In this document: positions 49,100 through 58,740 of the stretch, piece after piece
How the letters are laid out: each line of letters begins with the position of its first letter
How positions within the stretch are numbered: position 1 is the first letter of the stretch
Assembly: GCA_963706715.1 (NCBI GenBank)
Contig: CAVPNI010000002.1
Coordinates: forward strand, 288,001 to 352,000
Direction of reading: 5' to 3'
Length of the DNA: 64,000 nucleotides
From: an uncultured Verrucomicrobiae bacterium
GTDB lineage: Bacteria; Verrucomicrobiota; Verrucomicrobiia; Chthoniobacterales; Xiphinematobacteraceae
The notes under the pieces: model-generated
Database searches by the model: none
What the model was told of the DNA's origin: nothing
What the model saw: the letters and a program-made list of their open reading frames with translations, nothing else
Position numbers and translations under genes: made by a program

Positions 49100-50587
49100 G
49101 GCTGCCTAAAAAAAACTGTGGGTAAAAATTGGTTCAGGCAAATTAGCAAGGGTATGGTAAAGAGCAACTTCACGAGCATCAGCGGTACGAAACCCATAAC
49201 TCCGTTTTAGAGTTAATTTCACCTTGGCGTTAAGCCCTTCAACGACACCGCTGGAATATTGGCCTTTAGCCTGAAAGTAATTTAAAAGAAGAGAGCGGTG
49301 AGAGGTGAGAGTACGGGCAACTTTTTTAAGAGGCTCCAGGTGACTTCGAGTAATTTTAGTGCACCAAGCATCCAGGAATTTAGCAGCCCAGGTAGGAGAG
49401 CGATAGGTCCAAAAGTGTTGGAAAGTTTCCACTAAGAGAAAGGCGCGCAGGGTGCGTAAAGCAGAGCCTCGAATTGCCCGCATGCCAGCACGTTGGCTCT
49501 TAGTCCAATTGCATCTTTTTTTTAGGAAAGCCCAGCGCATCTTTTTAAGCAAGGGATCCAGACCTGCCTGGGCACGGGCGCGGGTTTCCTCTCTGCGGAT
49601 TTCATCGATAGCTGCGTTGAGTTTTTTAACGATGTGGAAGCGGTCAAGGATATGTAGGGCTTGTGGCAAATAATGGGCTGCTACCTTCAGATACGGTTTC
49701 CACATGTCGGAGCAAATAAAGCCGATGGCCGAACAAAACTCTTTGCCAAAAACCTCGAAGAATAGCTCAAAAGTTTTTTCAGTACGATCGCGCCCGACCC
49801 ACAAAAGTCGTTTGCAGTGATCATCGATCTGGTAGACCAGTGTCCAAAACTTATCTTTTTTTCCGACATGGATTTCATCAACTCCAAGCGCCTTTACGCC
49901 GCTTAAATCCCGATGTTGAATGCCATAATCCACCACCCATTTTACCGAAGCGTATACATCGGCCCAGCCCACTCGGAAGACTCTGGCTACCTCGGCCCAG
50001 GAGAGCATGCGTGCCCATTGTGCCAGAAAGAGACGGAAGGCTTCGCTGTGCTGTATTTTTCCGCTAGCCCAAGGAAGTTCTTCTACTGTGGGACTCCCAC
50101 AGTGTCGGCAGTCAATTCGCCGCGGTGTGTAGACTAGCCAGACCACGAAACCCCAAAGTGGCACAAAGCGCCAGCGCCGCTCTGCAAGTCTATCATATCC
50201 AGATCCTTTACGTTTGCATCCTGAGCATCTTCCCTGGCTGCCTTCTCTGGCACGTACTTCTGCTAAGATAACTCCCTTTTCTTTATCGTCCCATCCCACC
50301 GCATCATAGACAAATCCCTTGATCGGATGTACCCGCCTCATTACATTTTTAAGCGTTATATTTACCACAGAGGCTGGTTTATAGGTACCCTTTTGGGTGC
50401 CGCCAGCCTCTTTTTTACGCTCCGCCCTAATACCCAAGGAACCGATCCGATCCTCTTGCTACCTTTCAGCACTGCTCCCCCCCTGTTCCCCCTGAACGCC
50501 TGCCGCGGCGAGCGGTGCGGGGGTCTGGGGGCGGCACCAGCCCCCCTGCTAACTCTATTTTTTACCCACGAATTCTTTTATAGAGCC
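49100..50587 (-). mobile_element. ISL3-family insertion sequence, apparently complete
   Basis: Imperfect IRs GGCTGCCTAAAAAAAACTGTGGGTAAAAA (49100) and GGCTCTATAAAAGAATTCGTGGGTAAAAA (reverse complement, ending 50587); no target duplication. Confidence 0.92.
49106..50437 (-). CDS. ISL3 family transposase (true start probably near 50370)
   Basis: Zinc finger CSGC/CRHC, GVDE, CSDMW, LDRFHIV and VEGLN..K...RSYGFR motifs; uninterrupted. Confidence 0.93.
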   Translation of the reverse strand: MGIRAERKKEAGGTQKGTYKPASVVNITLKNVMRRVHPIKGFVYDAVGWDDKEKGVILAEVRAREGSQGRCSGCKRKGSGYDRLAERRWRFVPLWGFVVWLVYTPRRIDCRHCGSPTVEELPWASGKIQHSEAFRLFLAQWARMLSWAEVARVFRVGWADVYASVKWVVDYGIQHRDLSGVKALGVDEIHVGKKDKFWTLVYQIDDHCKRLLWVGRDRTEKTFELFFEVFGKEFCSAIGFICSDMWKPYLKVAAHYLPQALHILDRFHIVKKLNAAIDEIRREETRARAQAGLDPLLKKMRWAFLKKRCNWTKSQRAGMRAIRGSALRTLRAFLLVETFQHFWTYRSPTWAAKFLDAWCTKITRSHLEPLKKVARTLTSHRSLLLNYFQAKGQYSSGVVEGLNAKVKLTLKRSYGFRTADAREVALYHTLANLPEPIFTHSFF

Positions 50588-51284
50588 GAAATTACAGCAA
50601 TCCCCAAATTACTCGAACTTCTGGATCTAAAAGGATCCATTGTCACGATCGACGCAATGGGCTGCCAGAGAGAAATTGCCGAAGCAATTTGTAAGAGAGG
50701 AGCAGATTATGTTCTGTCTTTAAAAGGCAATCAGGGGAATTTACATAAAAATGTTACGCCGGTATTTGCAGAGAAAGACTTACTCAAAGAACTCAGAGTT
50801 GATGTCGCTCAAACAATTGACGACAATAAACATGGGCGTATTGAAGAACGGATATATCGATCTGTTTTGATTCCCGATGAGCTAAAAAAACAACATGACT
50901 GGCCCTATCTCAAGACTCTTATTGAGGTGATCAGTAAACGAAAAATCAAGGGGATTGCATCCGAAGAAACGAGGTATTACATTACGTCTTTAGAAAATAA
51001 TGCAGCAAAAATAGGTGCCGCCATTCGATCTCATTGAGCAATTGAGAACAGCTTGCATTGGATCTTGGATGTTAGTTTTAGAGAGTTAGTTTTAGAGATG
51101 ATGATTCCAGAATTAGGAAAGGAAATGCTCCTCAAAATATAGCTATTATTAAGCACGCTGCTTTGAATATGCTGCAAAAAGCTAAAGGGAAAAGGGACTC
51201 AATCAAACTCCTTAGAAAGTCTGCTGGATGGGATAATAAACAACTCTTCACCATTTTATCCTCTTTTTAAGTGAGGCAACCCTG
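50588..51284 (+). mobile_element. ISAs1-family element, 3' half, pseudogenised
   Basis: EITAIPKLL..IVTIDAMGCQ..YVLSLKGNQ..HGRIEER..RSH*AIENSLHWILDV; TGA at 51035-51037; 14-bp tandem duplication GTTAGTTTTAGAGA at about 51071-51098; terminus GTGAGGCAACCCTG. Confidence 0.9.
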
Positions 51285-51364
51285 ACGGATACGAAGGAAT
51301 ATGTTCAAGCGGATAAGCGAGTCACTTCGAACGGTGAGCCTCTTCCAGCGTTTTTCCCGAATAT

Positions 51365-51697
51365 CTAAGCTAATTTTATTAGTACCATTCCAAGAATAAT
51401 CAGCGCCATTCCTATCCAGCCTGAGAGACGCAAACGTTCGTTAAATCTCAGAATTCCAAGTATCGCCGTTGTAATGACGCCAACTCCGCCCCAAATACAG
51501 TATGCGACAGAAAGTTGAATCCCTTGAACTGCAAAACTGAGCGCAGTGAAGGCAGCAAATACAAAAAATATGGCGATCACAGCTGGTATTTTCCGAATAA
51601 ACCCATGAGAGAGCTTCAACAAATAATTAGCAATCATTTCAAACATCACTGCAATCAACAAATAAAAGATGTGGATAACTGAAAACGTTGGAAGCAT
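51365..51697 (-). CDS. mdtI: SMR family spermidine exporter subunit
   Basis: FEMIAN.LLKLS.GF.RK, AFTALS.AV.GI.LSVAY..WGG and C-terminal GM.LIKLA match MdtI. Confidence 0.85.
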   Translation of the reverse strand: MLPTFSVIHIFYLLIAVMFEMIANYLLKLSHGFIRKIPAVIAIFFVFAAFTALSFAVQGIQLSVAYCIWGGVGVITTAILGILRFNERLRLSGWIGMALIILGMVLIKLA

Positions 51698-51712
51698 ATA
51701 TTCTAAAATTTT

Positions 51713-52045
51713 CTAGTGCCCGGACGCATCCGTCCCGTGCTCTAATAATATAATTCCGATAACAATAATTACTATCCCGGATATTTTAATAAAACCTAAT
51801 GGCTCCGAAAATAAGAGATTGCTAAATATTGCAATCAAAACCAATCCCAAGCTTTCCCACATGCCATAAGCCACAACCAATGGAATTCTCTTCACCGCAA
51901 TAGCCAGTGATGTGTAAGAAATCACCAGCATCAAATACATCACAGTCATTCCCAAGGCACGCAGTCCGTTCGCGCTGTATTTCATGGCAAGTGTCCCGCA
52001 GACTTCCGTTACAATTGCGATTATCATAAACAGCCAGTGATACAT
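51713..52045 (-). CDS. mdtJ: SMR family spermidine exporter subunit
   Basis: AIVTEVCGTLAMK, SY..LA.AVKRI.L.VAY..WE match MdtJ; paired with mdtI. Confidence 0.85.
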   Translation of the reverse strand: MYHWLFMIIAIVTEVCGTLAMKYSANGLRALGMTVMYLMLVISYTSLAIAVKRIPLVVAYGMWESLGLVLIAIFSNLLFSEPLGFIKISGIVIIVIGIILLEHGTDASGH

Positions 52046-52128
52046 ATCATCGTCCTTCTACTTTTGTGGATTTAATCAGGTTATTTGAAGTTTTAAAATC
52101 ATTTCCATACGTTCTTAATAGGCAAAGG

Positions 52129-52719
52129 CTACTCCGGCAAAACACCTCCGCCTCCGGCATTTTTTCCAATGACGCCCACACTATTGGAGAATGCCGAATT
52201 TGTCAGTTGATCTCCTTTTAAAATCACGGAATTTCCGCCTTTGTGAATAAGAACGACTCCTTTTTTTCCAAAAGGAGGAACATTCAACGGAGGAGAATTG
52301 GGCGCGTCAAAATTGGCCGTCGCAAAAAGAATGGAATCATCAGGGTCTGCGTCGCACACCGAATAAACTTTCCATGCGTTCGAAGTGCCCGGCGCCTTAA
52401 AGAGTCGCGCGATATCCTTCTCGGTCAGGTAATTTCCGGAAATGAGCAGTTCTTTGAAGGCCGTTACTCCTCCAGGCAATGACACTGAGTTCGAGGACGT
52501 CCAATTATAAGGCCCGCCGGCGATCAGATTATCGGAAGTCAACGACTGCGTTGCAATTTGCAGTTGTCTGCCGTTACTCAAGGTTTGAGTCATTTGAGCA
52601 TGTGTTTGCAAATTTGAAAGGGCGGGCAAAGCCAACGCTGCCAAAAGTGCAATAATTGAAATGACCACAAGAAGTTCAATCAACGTAAATCCTTCGCTTT
52701 TAATGTCAGAAATTTTCAT
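52129..52719 (-). CDS. prepilin-type N-terminal methylation domain protein
   Basis: GFTLIELLVVISIIALLAALALP, typical of the PVC pilin-like family. Confidence 0.88.
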   Translation of the reverse strand: MKISDIKSEGFTLIELLVVISIIALLAALALPALSNLQTHAQMTQTLSNGRQLQIATQSLTSDNLIAGGPYNWTSSNSVSLPGGVTAFKELLISGNYLTEKDIARLFKAPGTSNAWKVYSVCDADPDDSILFATANFDAPNSPPLNVPPFGKKGVVLIHKGGNSVILKGDQLTNSAFSNSVGVIGKNAGGGGVLPE

Positions 52720-52909
52720 CAGCCAACTTGCATCTTTGCATCAGGTTGAGTCAATAGATGCATCGAATTTTAACCTTAACAGTACTTCACTTTGCCCCAC
52801 AAAGTAAAGTTGCCTAATACGGCCAATCAGCTAACTTTCTGTAGCAAACAGAATCCTTATAGCATAAATCCGTAATCCGTAATGGTCTGTAAATTGCTGT
52901 ACTGTACCA

Positions 52910-55117
52910 CTAACACGCTTTGAATGCGAGCAGGGAAAGAGGAGGAAGCTCTACGAGAATGGAATACTCCTTGTCTTGCCAGGCGATTGCTTCAGCACGA
53001 CATCGATTTGCATTGGTGAGGTTTCCTCCGCCAAAAATTTTCGCATCAGTGTTTAGGATCTCTCGATAACAGCCAGTCTGACAAACTCCCACTCGATAGC
53101 CATGTCGCGCAACAGGCGTTGCATTAACAATAAACAGAAGTGGCGCACCACTCGAAGATTTTCTTAAGAACGACCAAACGCTCCAATCCGAATCCTCATA
53201 GTCGACCCATTCAAAACCCTCGACGGAATCATCGCATTCATAGAGGCTGGCTTCACGAGTATAGAGCCAATTCAGACGCTGAATCAAACAACGCAACCCC
53301 TGATGCATTGGAGAAGAAAGAAGTTGCCAATCAAGAGACTGCGCGTATGACCACTCATTCCATTGGCCAAATTCGCCTCCCTGAAAAAGAAGCTTCTTAC
53401 CCGGATGAGCCCACATCCAGGCTATGAACATGCGAAGATTAGCAAACTTTTGCCAGATATCTCCTGGCATCTTAGTAAGCAAAGAACCTTTTCCATGCAC
53501 TACTTCATCATGACTTAGAACTAGAATAAAATGTTCGCTGAATGCATAGACTAAGGAAAATATGATTTCTTTTTGGTGAAATCTCCGATGGATGGGATCG
53601 CGGACGATGTAGCGGAGTGAATCATTCATCCAACCCATGTTCCATTTGAAGCCGAATCCCAAACCACCCAGAGGGGTAGGACGTGAGACTCCGGGCCATG
53701 CGGTGGATTCTTCGGCGATCATAAGAATGCCCGGATGATGTTGGTAACAAATCTCGTTACAACGTCTGAGAAATTGAATTGCCTCGAGATTTTCGTGTCC
53801 GCCTAAGTAATTGGAGATCCACTCACCCGGCTTGCGCGAGTAATCCAAATAAAGCATTGAGGCAACCGCATCGACGCGCAGGCCGTCTATATGATATTCG
53901 TTTAACCAAAAAAGCGCATTCCCGATGAGGAAGTTTCGCACTTCGTTACGAGCATAGTTAAAAACGAGTGTTCCCCAATCCTTATGTTCACCGATACGGG
54001 GGTCCTCATACTCGTAAAGGCAGGTGCCATCATAGCAAGCTAGGCCATGAACGTCTTTTGGAAAGTGGCCCGGTGGCCAGTCAAGAATCACGCCTATTCC
54101 CTGGAGATGGCATTGGTTTACAAATTGGCGAAACTCATCCGGTGTTCCAAATCGGCTGGTGGGTGCATAGTAATTGACAACTTGATAGCCCCAGGAGCCA
54201 TCGAAAGGGTGTTCCATTATTGGCAAGAGTTCTATGTGTGTGAAGCCCATCTCCTTCACGTAGGGAATGAGTACTTTACTCAACTCCAGATAACTGCAAG
54301 GGCGGTTGTTTTCGTCTCGTTTCCAGGAGCCCAAATGGACTTCATAGATACTGACAGGCGATCGATAAATATCACGTTCCTTGCGACCTTGCATCCACTC
54401 CTGGTCGCTCCAAACAAAGCGATTCAAGTCATAGATAATGCAGGCAGTCTGCGTATCATGTTGAGCAAAGGAGGCAAAGGGATCCGTTTTCAAAAGGACG
54501 TTTCCATCAGCTCCTCGTACTGCAAATTTGTAATGTGTCCCTTCATAGGCGCCGGGAAGAAAAATCTCCCAGAGGCCAGATGGCACTAATTTTCGCATAC
54601 CGTGCCGGCGCCCATCCCATTGATTGAAATCGCCGACGATACTGACTCGTTGGGCATTAGGGGCCCAGACGGCAAAGTGAGTTCCAGAAATCCCATCTCG
54701 CTCCAAAAGATGAGCCCCCAGTTTCTTATAAATCTCTAGATGGGTCCCTTCTTGAAAGAGATACGCATCCATTTCCCCGAGAATAGGACCAAAGGAGTAT
54801 GGGTCGTATTCGCGCCAACGCTTTCCAGAAAGGTTGACAAGTTCCAAGATGTAGAGAAATGGCTCTTGAATATCCGAAAAGAATTTTTCGAAAAATCCGG
54901 CCGGATGTATTTTAGGAATAGGAAAATAACGCAAAAGATTTTGCCGATCCAATAGAATCACTTCGCTGACATCCGGTCGAAAGACCCGGACTACGCTTCC
55001 TTCTTTAAATCGATGAAATCCGAGAAATCGAAAGGGATCCGAATGCCGTGCTTCAATCAAAAAATAGAAATCCGCATCCGGCAGTGTAGAGGAATTCACT
55101 GACTTTGTCAGTTTCAT
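52910..55117 (-). CDS. glgB: 1,4-alpha-glucan branching enzyme
   Basis: FAVWAPNA, IYEVHLGSW, SWGYQ, LRVDAVASM, AEEST and LSHDEVVHGK motifs. Confidence 0.97.
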   Translation of the reverse strand: MKLTKSVNSSTLPDADFYFLIEARHSDPFRFLGFHRFKEGSVVRVFRPDVSEVILLDRQNLLRYFPIPKIHPAGFFEKFFSDIQEPFLYILELVNLSGKRWREYDPYSFGPILGEMDAYLFQEGTHLEIYKKLGAHLLERDGISGTHFAVWAPNAQRVSIVGDFNQWDGRRHGMRKLVPSGLWEIFLPGAYEGTHYKFAVRGADGNVLLKTDPFASFAQHDTQTACIIYDLNRFVWSDQEWMQGRKERDIYRSPVSIYEVHLGSWKRDENNRPCSYLELSKVLIPYVKEMGFTHIELLPIMEHPFDGSWGYQVVNYYAPTSRFGTPDEFRQFVNQCHLQGIGVILDWPPGHFPKDVHGLACYDGTCLYEYEDPRIGEHKDWGTLVFNYARNEVRNFLIGNALFWLNEYHIDGLRVDAVASMLYLDYSRKPGEWISNYLGGHENLEAIQFLRRCNEICYQHHPGILMIAEESTAWPGVSRPTPLGGLGFGFKWNMGWMNDSLRYIVRDPIHRRFHQKEIIFSLVYAFSEHFILVLSHDEVVHGKGSLLTKMPGDIWQKFANLRMFIAWMWAHPGKKLLFQGGEFGQWNEWSYAQSLDWQLLSSPMHQGLRCLIQRLNWLYTREASLYECDDSVEGFEWVDYEDSDWSVWSFLRKSSSGAPLLFIVNATPVARHGYRVGVCQTGCYREILNTDAKIFGGGNLTNANRCRAEAIAWQDKEYSILVELPPLSLLAFKAC

Positions 55118-55230
55118 TTAGAAGCCGATAATTGCAAATAACCGCATCTTTTGAACTACAATTCCCAAAAATTTGTAGTTCAGAAAGGACTTTATTTGCA
55201 ACCGCTGCTTCTAAAAGAGGCTAGCGAAGC
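55117..55230. repeat. family B palindromic intergenic repeat (long form)
   Basis: TTTAGAAGC..TTGCAAATAA..TGAACTACAA / TTGTAGTTCA..TTATTTGCAA..GCTTCTAAA nested inverted repeat. Confidence 0.8.
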
Positions 55231-56351
55231 TAGCGCTGATTGATAGGCACTACCTTTTTTCCGACTACAGGTCCTGTGTATTCGCTCAACGGACGATATA
55301 GAGTATTATCCGCTAACTGTTCCAGGATATGAGCGATCCAGCCGGAGGTACGAGCAATTGCAAAAATAGGGGTGAACATGTCGGTAGGTAGTCCTAACGA
55401 GTAATATACTATGGCCGAATAAAAATCGACATTGGCATTCAAGCCTTTTTGTTCCTTCATGATAGCAGCGATACGCTCAGCCATTTGAATCCATTTTGGC
55501 TCACCAACCTTTTCGCAGAGTTTGATGGCCATCCGCTGCAAATGAGGCGCACGAGGGTCCAACGTTCTGTAAACACGGTGACCGATACCCATAATTTTTT
55601 TGTGTTGGCCGAGTTGCACGTTTATCCAGGCATCCACGCGGTCTAAGCTGCCTATTTCCAGAAGCATATGAATAACGCCTTCATTGGCTCCGCCGTGCAA
55701 GGGGCCTTTCAGCGTACCGATTGCGGAGGTCACTGCGGAATAAATGTCACTGAGCGTGGAAATGGTAACGCGAGCGGAGAACGTGGAGGCATTCATCCCA
55801 TGGTCCGCATGAAGCACATAAGCAAGATCGAGTGTTTTGGCTGCTTCGTGGGTAGGCTCTTCGCCATTCAATAGATAGAGAAAATGTGCGGCTTCACCAA
55901 GGTCTGAACGGATTGGAGGTAAACTTTTTCCCTGCCGAGCGCGATGAAAGTATGCAGCAATGACTCCTATGCCAGCGGTAATGTGAACGGCTCTCTCGCG
56001 ATTTGCCGCAGCATCATCACCCTTTACTTGATCGTATAAACCCAACATGGAGATCGCCGTTCGTAAAATATCCATAGGATTAGCCTCCTTTGGAGTGTTA
56101 GCGACAAAACCGATTATTTTTTGCGGAATGTGGCGAGAGCGTCGTAAACTTGCCTGAAGTTCACTCAGCTCAGCTTGGTTAGGCAGCCTGCCATGCCAGA
56201 GAAGATAAATGACTTCCTCGTAGCTGATATTTCCTGCGAGTTCATTGATATCATAACCCGCATAAATGAGAATTCCCTGTTCCCCAAGCACATCGCTGAT
56301 GGCGGTGCTATTTGCAACGATTCCTTTAAGGCCTTTGGCAGTAGTCGACAT
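55230..56351 (-). CDS. gltA: citrate synthase (short type)
   Basis: HADHGMNASTF, GPLHGGANE, GIGHRVY..DPR and NVDFY motifs. Confidence 0.93.
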   Translation of the reverse strand: MSTTAKGLKGIVANSTAISDVLGEQGILIYAGYDINELAGNISYEEVIYLLWHGRLPNQAELSELQASLRRSRHIPQKIIGFVANTPKEANPMDILRTAISMLGLYDQVKGDDAAANRERAVHITAGIGVIAAYFHRARQGKSLPPIRSDLGEAAHFLYLLNGEEPTHEAAKTLDLAYVLHADHGMNASTFSARVTISTLSDIYSAVTSAIGTLKGPLHGGANEGVIHMLLEIGSLDRVDAWINVQLGQHKKIMGIGHRVYRTLDPRAPHLQRMAIKLCEKVGEPKWIQMAERIAAIMKEQKGLNANVDFYSAIVYYSLGLPTDMFTPIFAIARTSGWIAHILEQLADNTLYRPLSEYTGPVVGKKVVPINQR

Positions 56352-56372
56352 GGTAAATATGAAGTTTGAATC

Positions 56373-56536
56373 TATAGCGAAAGTCCTATAAAATGATCAT
56401 GGATTTGACTGAAATTTTGGCTCCAGGCAAGACGTAAAAAGGAGGCCATATCTGTAGATACGGACTATTTTTTGCAACAAAGCTTGGAGGCAAAAGGGCG
56501 GCAAAGGCGTAATCATTTTATAGGACTTTCGCTATA
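56373..56536. mobile_element. 164-bp TA-bounded MITE related to family A
   Basis: Perfect 25-bp IR TATAGCGAAAGTCCTATAAAATGAT; shares the core GGCCATATCTGTAGATACGGAC with 10655-10676. Confidence 0.88.
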
Positions 56537-56643
56537 ATTGTACAGGCGGTTCGTTTCTTGAAACATCCAAAACAGTGCGCCTCACCACGATGGTGAAAAG
56601 CGAACGGAAACCATTTGTACTAGTATAGGAGCAAACAGTTCAA

Positions 56644-57519
56644 TTACCTTTTCAAGGCACGGATGAGGGCCTCGGCAATGTCTGCGGGCGATTCGGCAAC
56701 TTCCATGCCGGCTTCTTTCAGAGCTTCGATCTTTCCTTGCGCAGTGCCAACACCACCGGAGATGATGGCGCCGGCATGTCCCATGCGTCGTCCTGGCGGT
56801 GCGGTAGACCCTGCAATAAAAGCGGCAAGCGGTTTTTTACAGTTTTGTTTAGCCCATTCCGCAGCTTCTTCTTCGGCAGCGCCGCCAATTTCTCCGATGA
56901 GGATGATACCTTCGGTTTGCGGGTCATCGTTTAGTAACCGGAGGGCCTCGAGATGAGAGGTCCCATTTATGGGGTCTCCTCCAATGCCAATGCAGGTGCT
57001 TTGTCCATATCCTCGTGAGGTAAGTTGCCAGACAGCTTCGTAAGTCAGAGTTCCCGAACGAGAAATGACACCGATGGAGCCTGGGCGATGGATGTAGCCC
57101 GGCATAATCCCGATTTTACATTGCCCCGGAGTAATGATGCCCGGGCAATTCGGACCGATCAGCCGCGAGTTCTTATCGCGCAGACTTTTTTTTACCCGCA
57201 TCATGTCGATGACTGGAATTCCTTCGGTAATGCAGACGATCAGCTCCACACCAGCCGCTGCCGCTTCTAGGATTGCATCTGCCGCAAATGGTGCGGGCAC
57301 AAAGATCATTGTGGCATTGCAGCCGGTGCGCTTGCGGGCTTCTTCCACGGTGTCAAAGACGGGCACTTTGGAGTCAAACATCTCCCCTCCCCGGCCGGGA
57401 GTGACGCCCGCAACAACGTTGGTTCCATATTCCATGCATCCTCGCGCATGAAAGCCCCCGGACTTTCCGGTAATTCCTTGCACTAACAAACGGGTATTTT
57501 TATCGACCAGAATTGCCAT
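56644..57519 (-). CDS. sucD: succinyl-CoA synthetase alpha subunit
   Basis: [21 protein letters not shown] and RMGHAGA motifs. Confidence 0.97.
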   Translation of the reverse strand: MAILVDKNTRLLVQGITGKSGGFHARGCMEYGTNVVAGVTPGRGGEMFDSKVPVFDTVEEARKRTGCNATMIFVPAPFAADAILEAAAAGVELIVCITEGIPVIDMMRVKKSLRDKNSRLIGPNCPGIITPGQCKIGIMPGYIHRPGSIGVISRSGTLTYEAVWQLTSRGYGQSTCIGIGGDPINGTSHLEALRLLNDDPQTEGIILIGEIGGAAEEEAAEWAKQNCKKPLAAFIAGSTAPPGRRMGHAGAIISGGVGTAQGKIEALKEAGMEVAESPADIAEALIRALKR

Positions 57520-57552
57520 GATTTTTAAGAAGTTGAGTGTGAATGGTCGTGA

Positions 57553-58740
57553 TTATCCTTGAGCTGCTGCCTTGACCACCTTCTGAGCAGCATCTGTCAA
57601 CCCATCCGCAGCAATAATAGGGAGATTCGACTCTTGAAGCAGTTTTTTGCCCAGTTCCACATTGGTCCCTTCCAAACGGACCACGAGAGGCACTGGCAAA
57701 CTCACGGCACGCACCGCATTAATAATTCCTTGCGCAATAATATCGCAGCGCATGATCCCACCGAAAATGTTGACAAGAATCGCCTTAACATTTTTATCGC
57801 TGATGAGAATTTTGAAGGCTTCCGTAACTTGTTCCTCATTGGCCCCGCCTCCGACATCCAGAAAATTTGCAGGCTCCCCGCCATGATATTTGATAATATC
57901 CATAGTGGACATAGCGAGGCCTGCGCCATTCACCATACAAGCGATATTGCCATCCAAACCGATGTAATTGAGATTAAATTTGGAAGCTTCGACCTCGCGA
58001 GGATCTTCCTCCTCCGTATCCCGTAAAGCAACTATCTCCGGGTGTCGGAAAAGTGCGTTATCGTCGAAATTGAACTTCGCATCGAGTGCAAAGACCTTGC
58101 CGTCTCGCGTCAGAACTAATGGGTTCACTTCAACGAGCGAACAGTCCAATTCTATAAAAAGCTTAAAAATGTTGAGAAAAAGAGTCGAAGCCTCGGCAAT
58201 TTTGGATGATTCAAAGCCGAGCCGATGAGCAAGGTTTCGAGCTTGGTATGCTTGGAGACCAAGTAAGGGATGGACTGGCTCCTTGATGATTTTTTCAGGA
58301 GTCTTTTCAGCCACTTTCTCAATTTCAACCCCGCCTTCGGTGCTCGCAATGATCATTGGCGCTCCAATCGCCCGATCCAAGACAATGGCAAAATAGTATT
58401 CTTTGGCGATTTCCACACTCTCCGCAACAAGCACCTTCCGAACCACTCGTCCAGCCGCTCCCGTCTGGTGAGTGACCAGTGTATTTCCAAGCATCTTGGT
58501 CGCCAACTCTCCGGCTTTTTCCGCCGAATCGCAGAGGTGAACTCCACCCTGGAAGCCATTTGTAAACGTTCCTTTACCTCTACCACCTGCATGAATCTGA
58601 GCCTTTACGACAAGGTGACCGGTCCCGAGTCGACTCGCAACAGCCTGTGCTTCATCAAGGGTGGAAGCAGGCGCACCCTTTGGGGTCGCCACCTGAAACT
58701 TCTCAAACAATTGTTTTGCTTGGTATTCGTGGATATTCAT
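57553..58740 (-). CDS. sucC: succinyl-CoA synthetase beta subunit
   Basis: [28 protein letters not shown] and [10 protein letters not shown] motifs. Confidence 0.97.
   Translation of the reverse strand: MNIHEYQAKQLFEKFQVATPKGAPASTLDEAQAVASRLGTGHLVVKAQIHAGGRGKGTFTNGFQGGVHLCDSAEKAGELATKMLGNTLVTHQTGAAGRVVRKVLVAESVEIAKEYYFAIVLDRAIGAPMIIASTEGGVEIEKVAEKTPEKIIKEPVHPLLGLQAYQARNLAHRLGFESSKIAEASTLFLNIFKLFIELDCSLVEVNPLVLTRDGKVFALDAKFNFDDNALFRHPEIVALRDTEEEDPREVEASKFNLNYIGLDGNIACMVNGAGLAMSTMDIIKYHGGEPANFLDVGGGANEEQVTEAFKILISDKNVKAILVNIFGGIMRCDIIAQGIINAVRAVSLPVPLVVRLEGTNVELGKKLLQESNLPIIAADGLTDAAQKVVKAAAQG

Noticed and set aside
51035..51037. TGA at a conserved Trp position of ISAs1 (RSH*AIEN), suggesting TGA=Trp recoding
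   Set aside because: Many host genes here end in TGA and use TGG for Trp. The element also has a frameshifting duplication, so a simple TGG>TGA mutation explains it.
50327..51037. 236-aa ORF as a real fusion protein
   Set aside because: Its N-terminal part is antisense/non-coding ISL3 sequence read by chance into the ISAs1 remnant at 50588.
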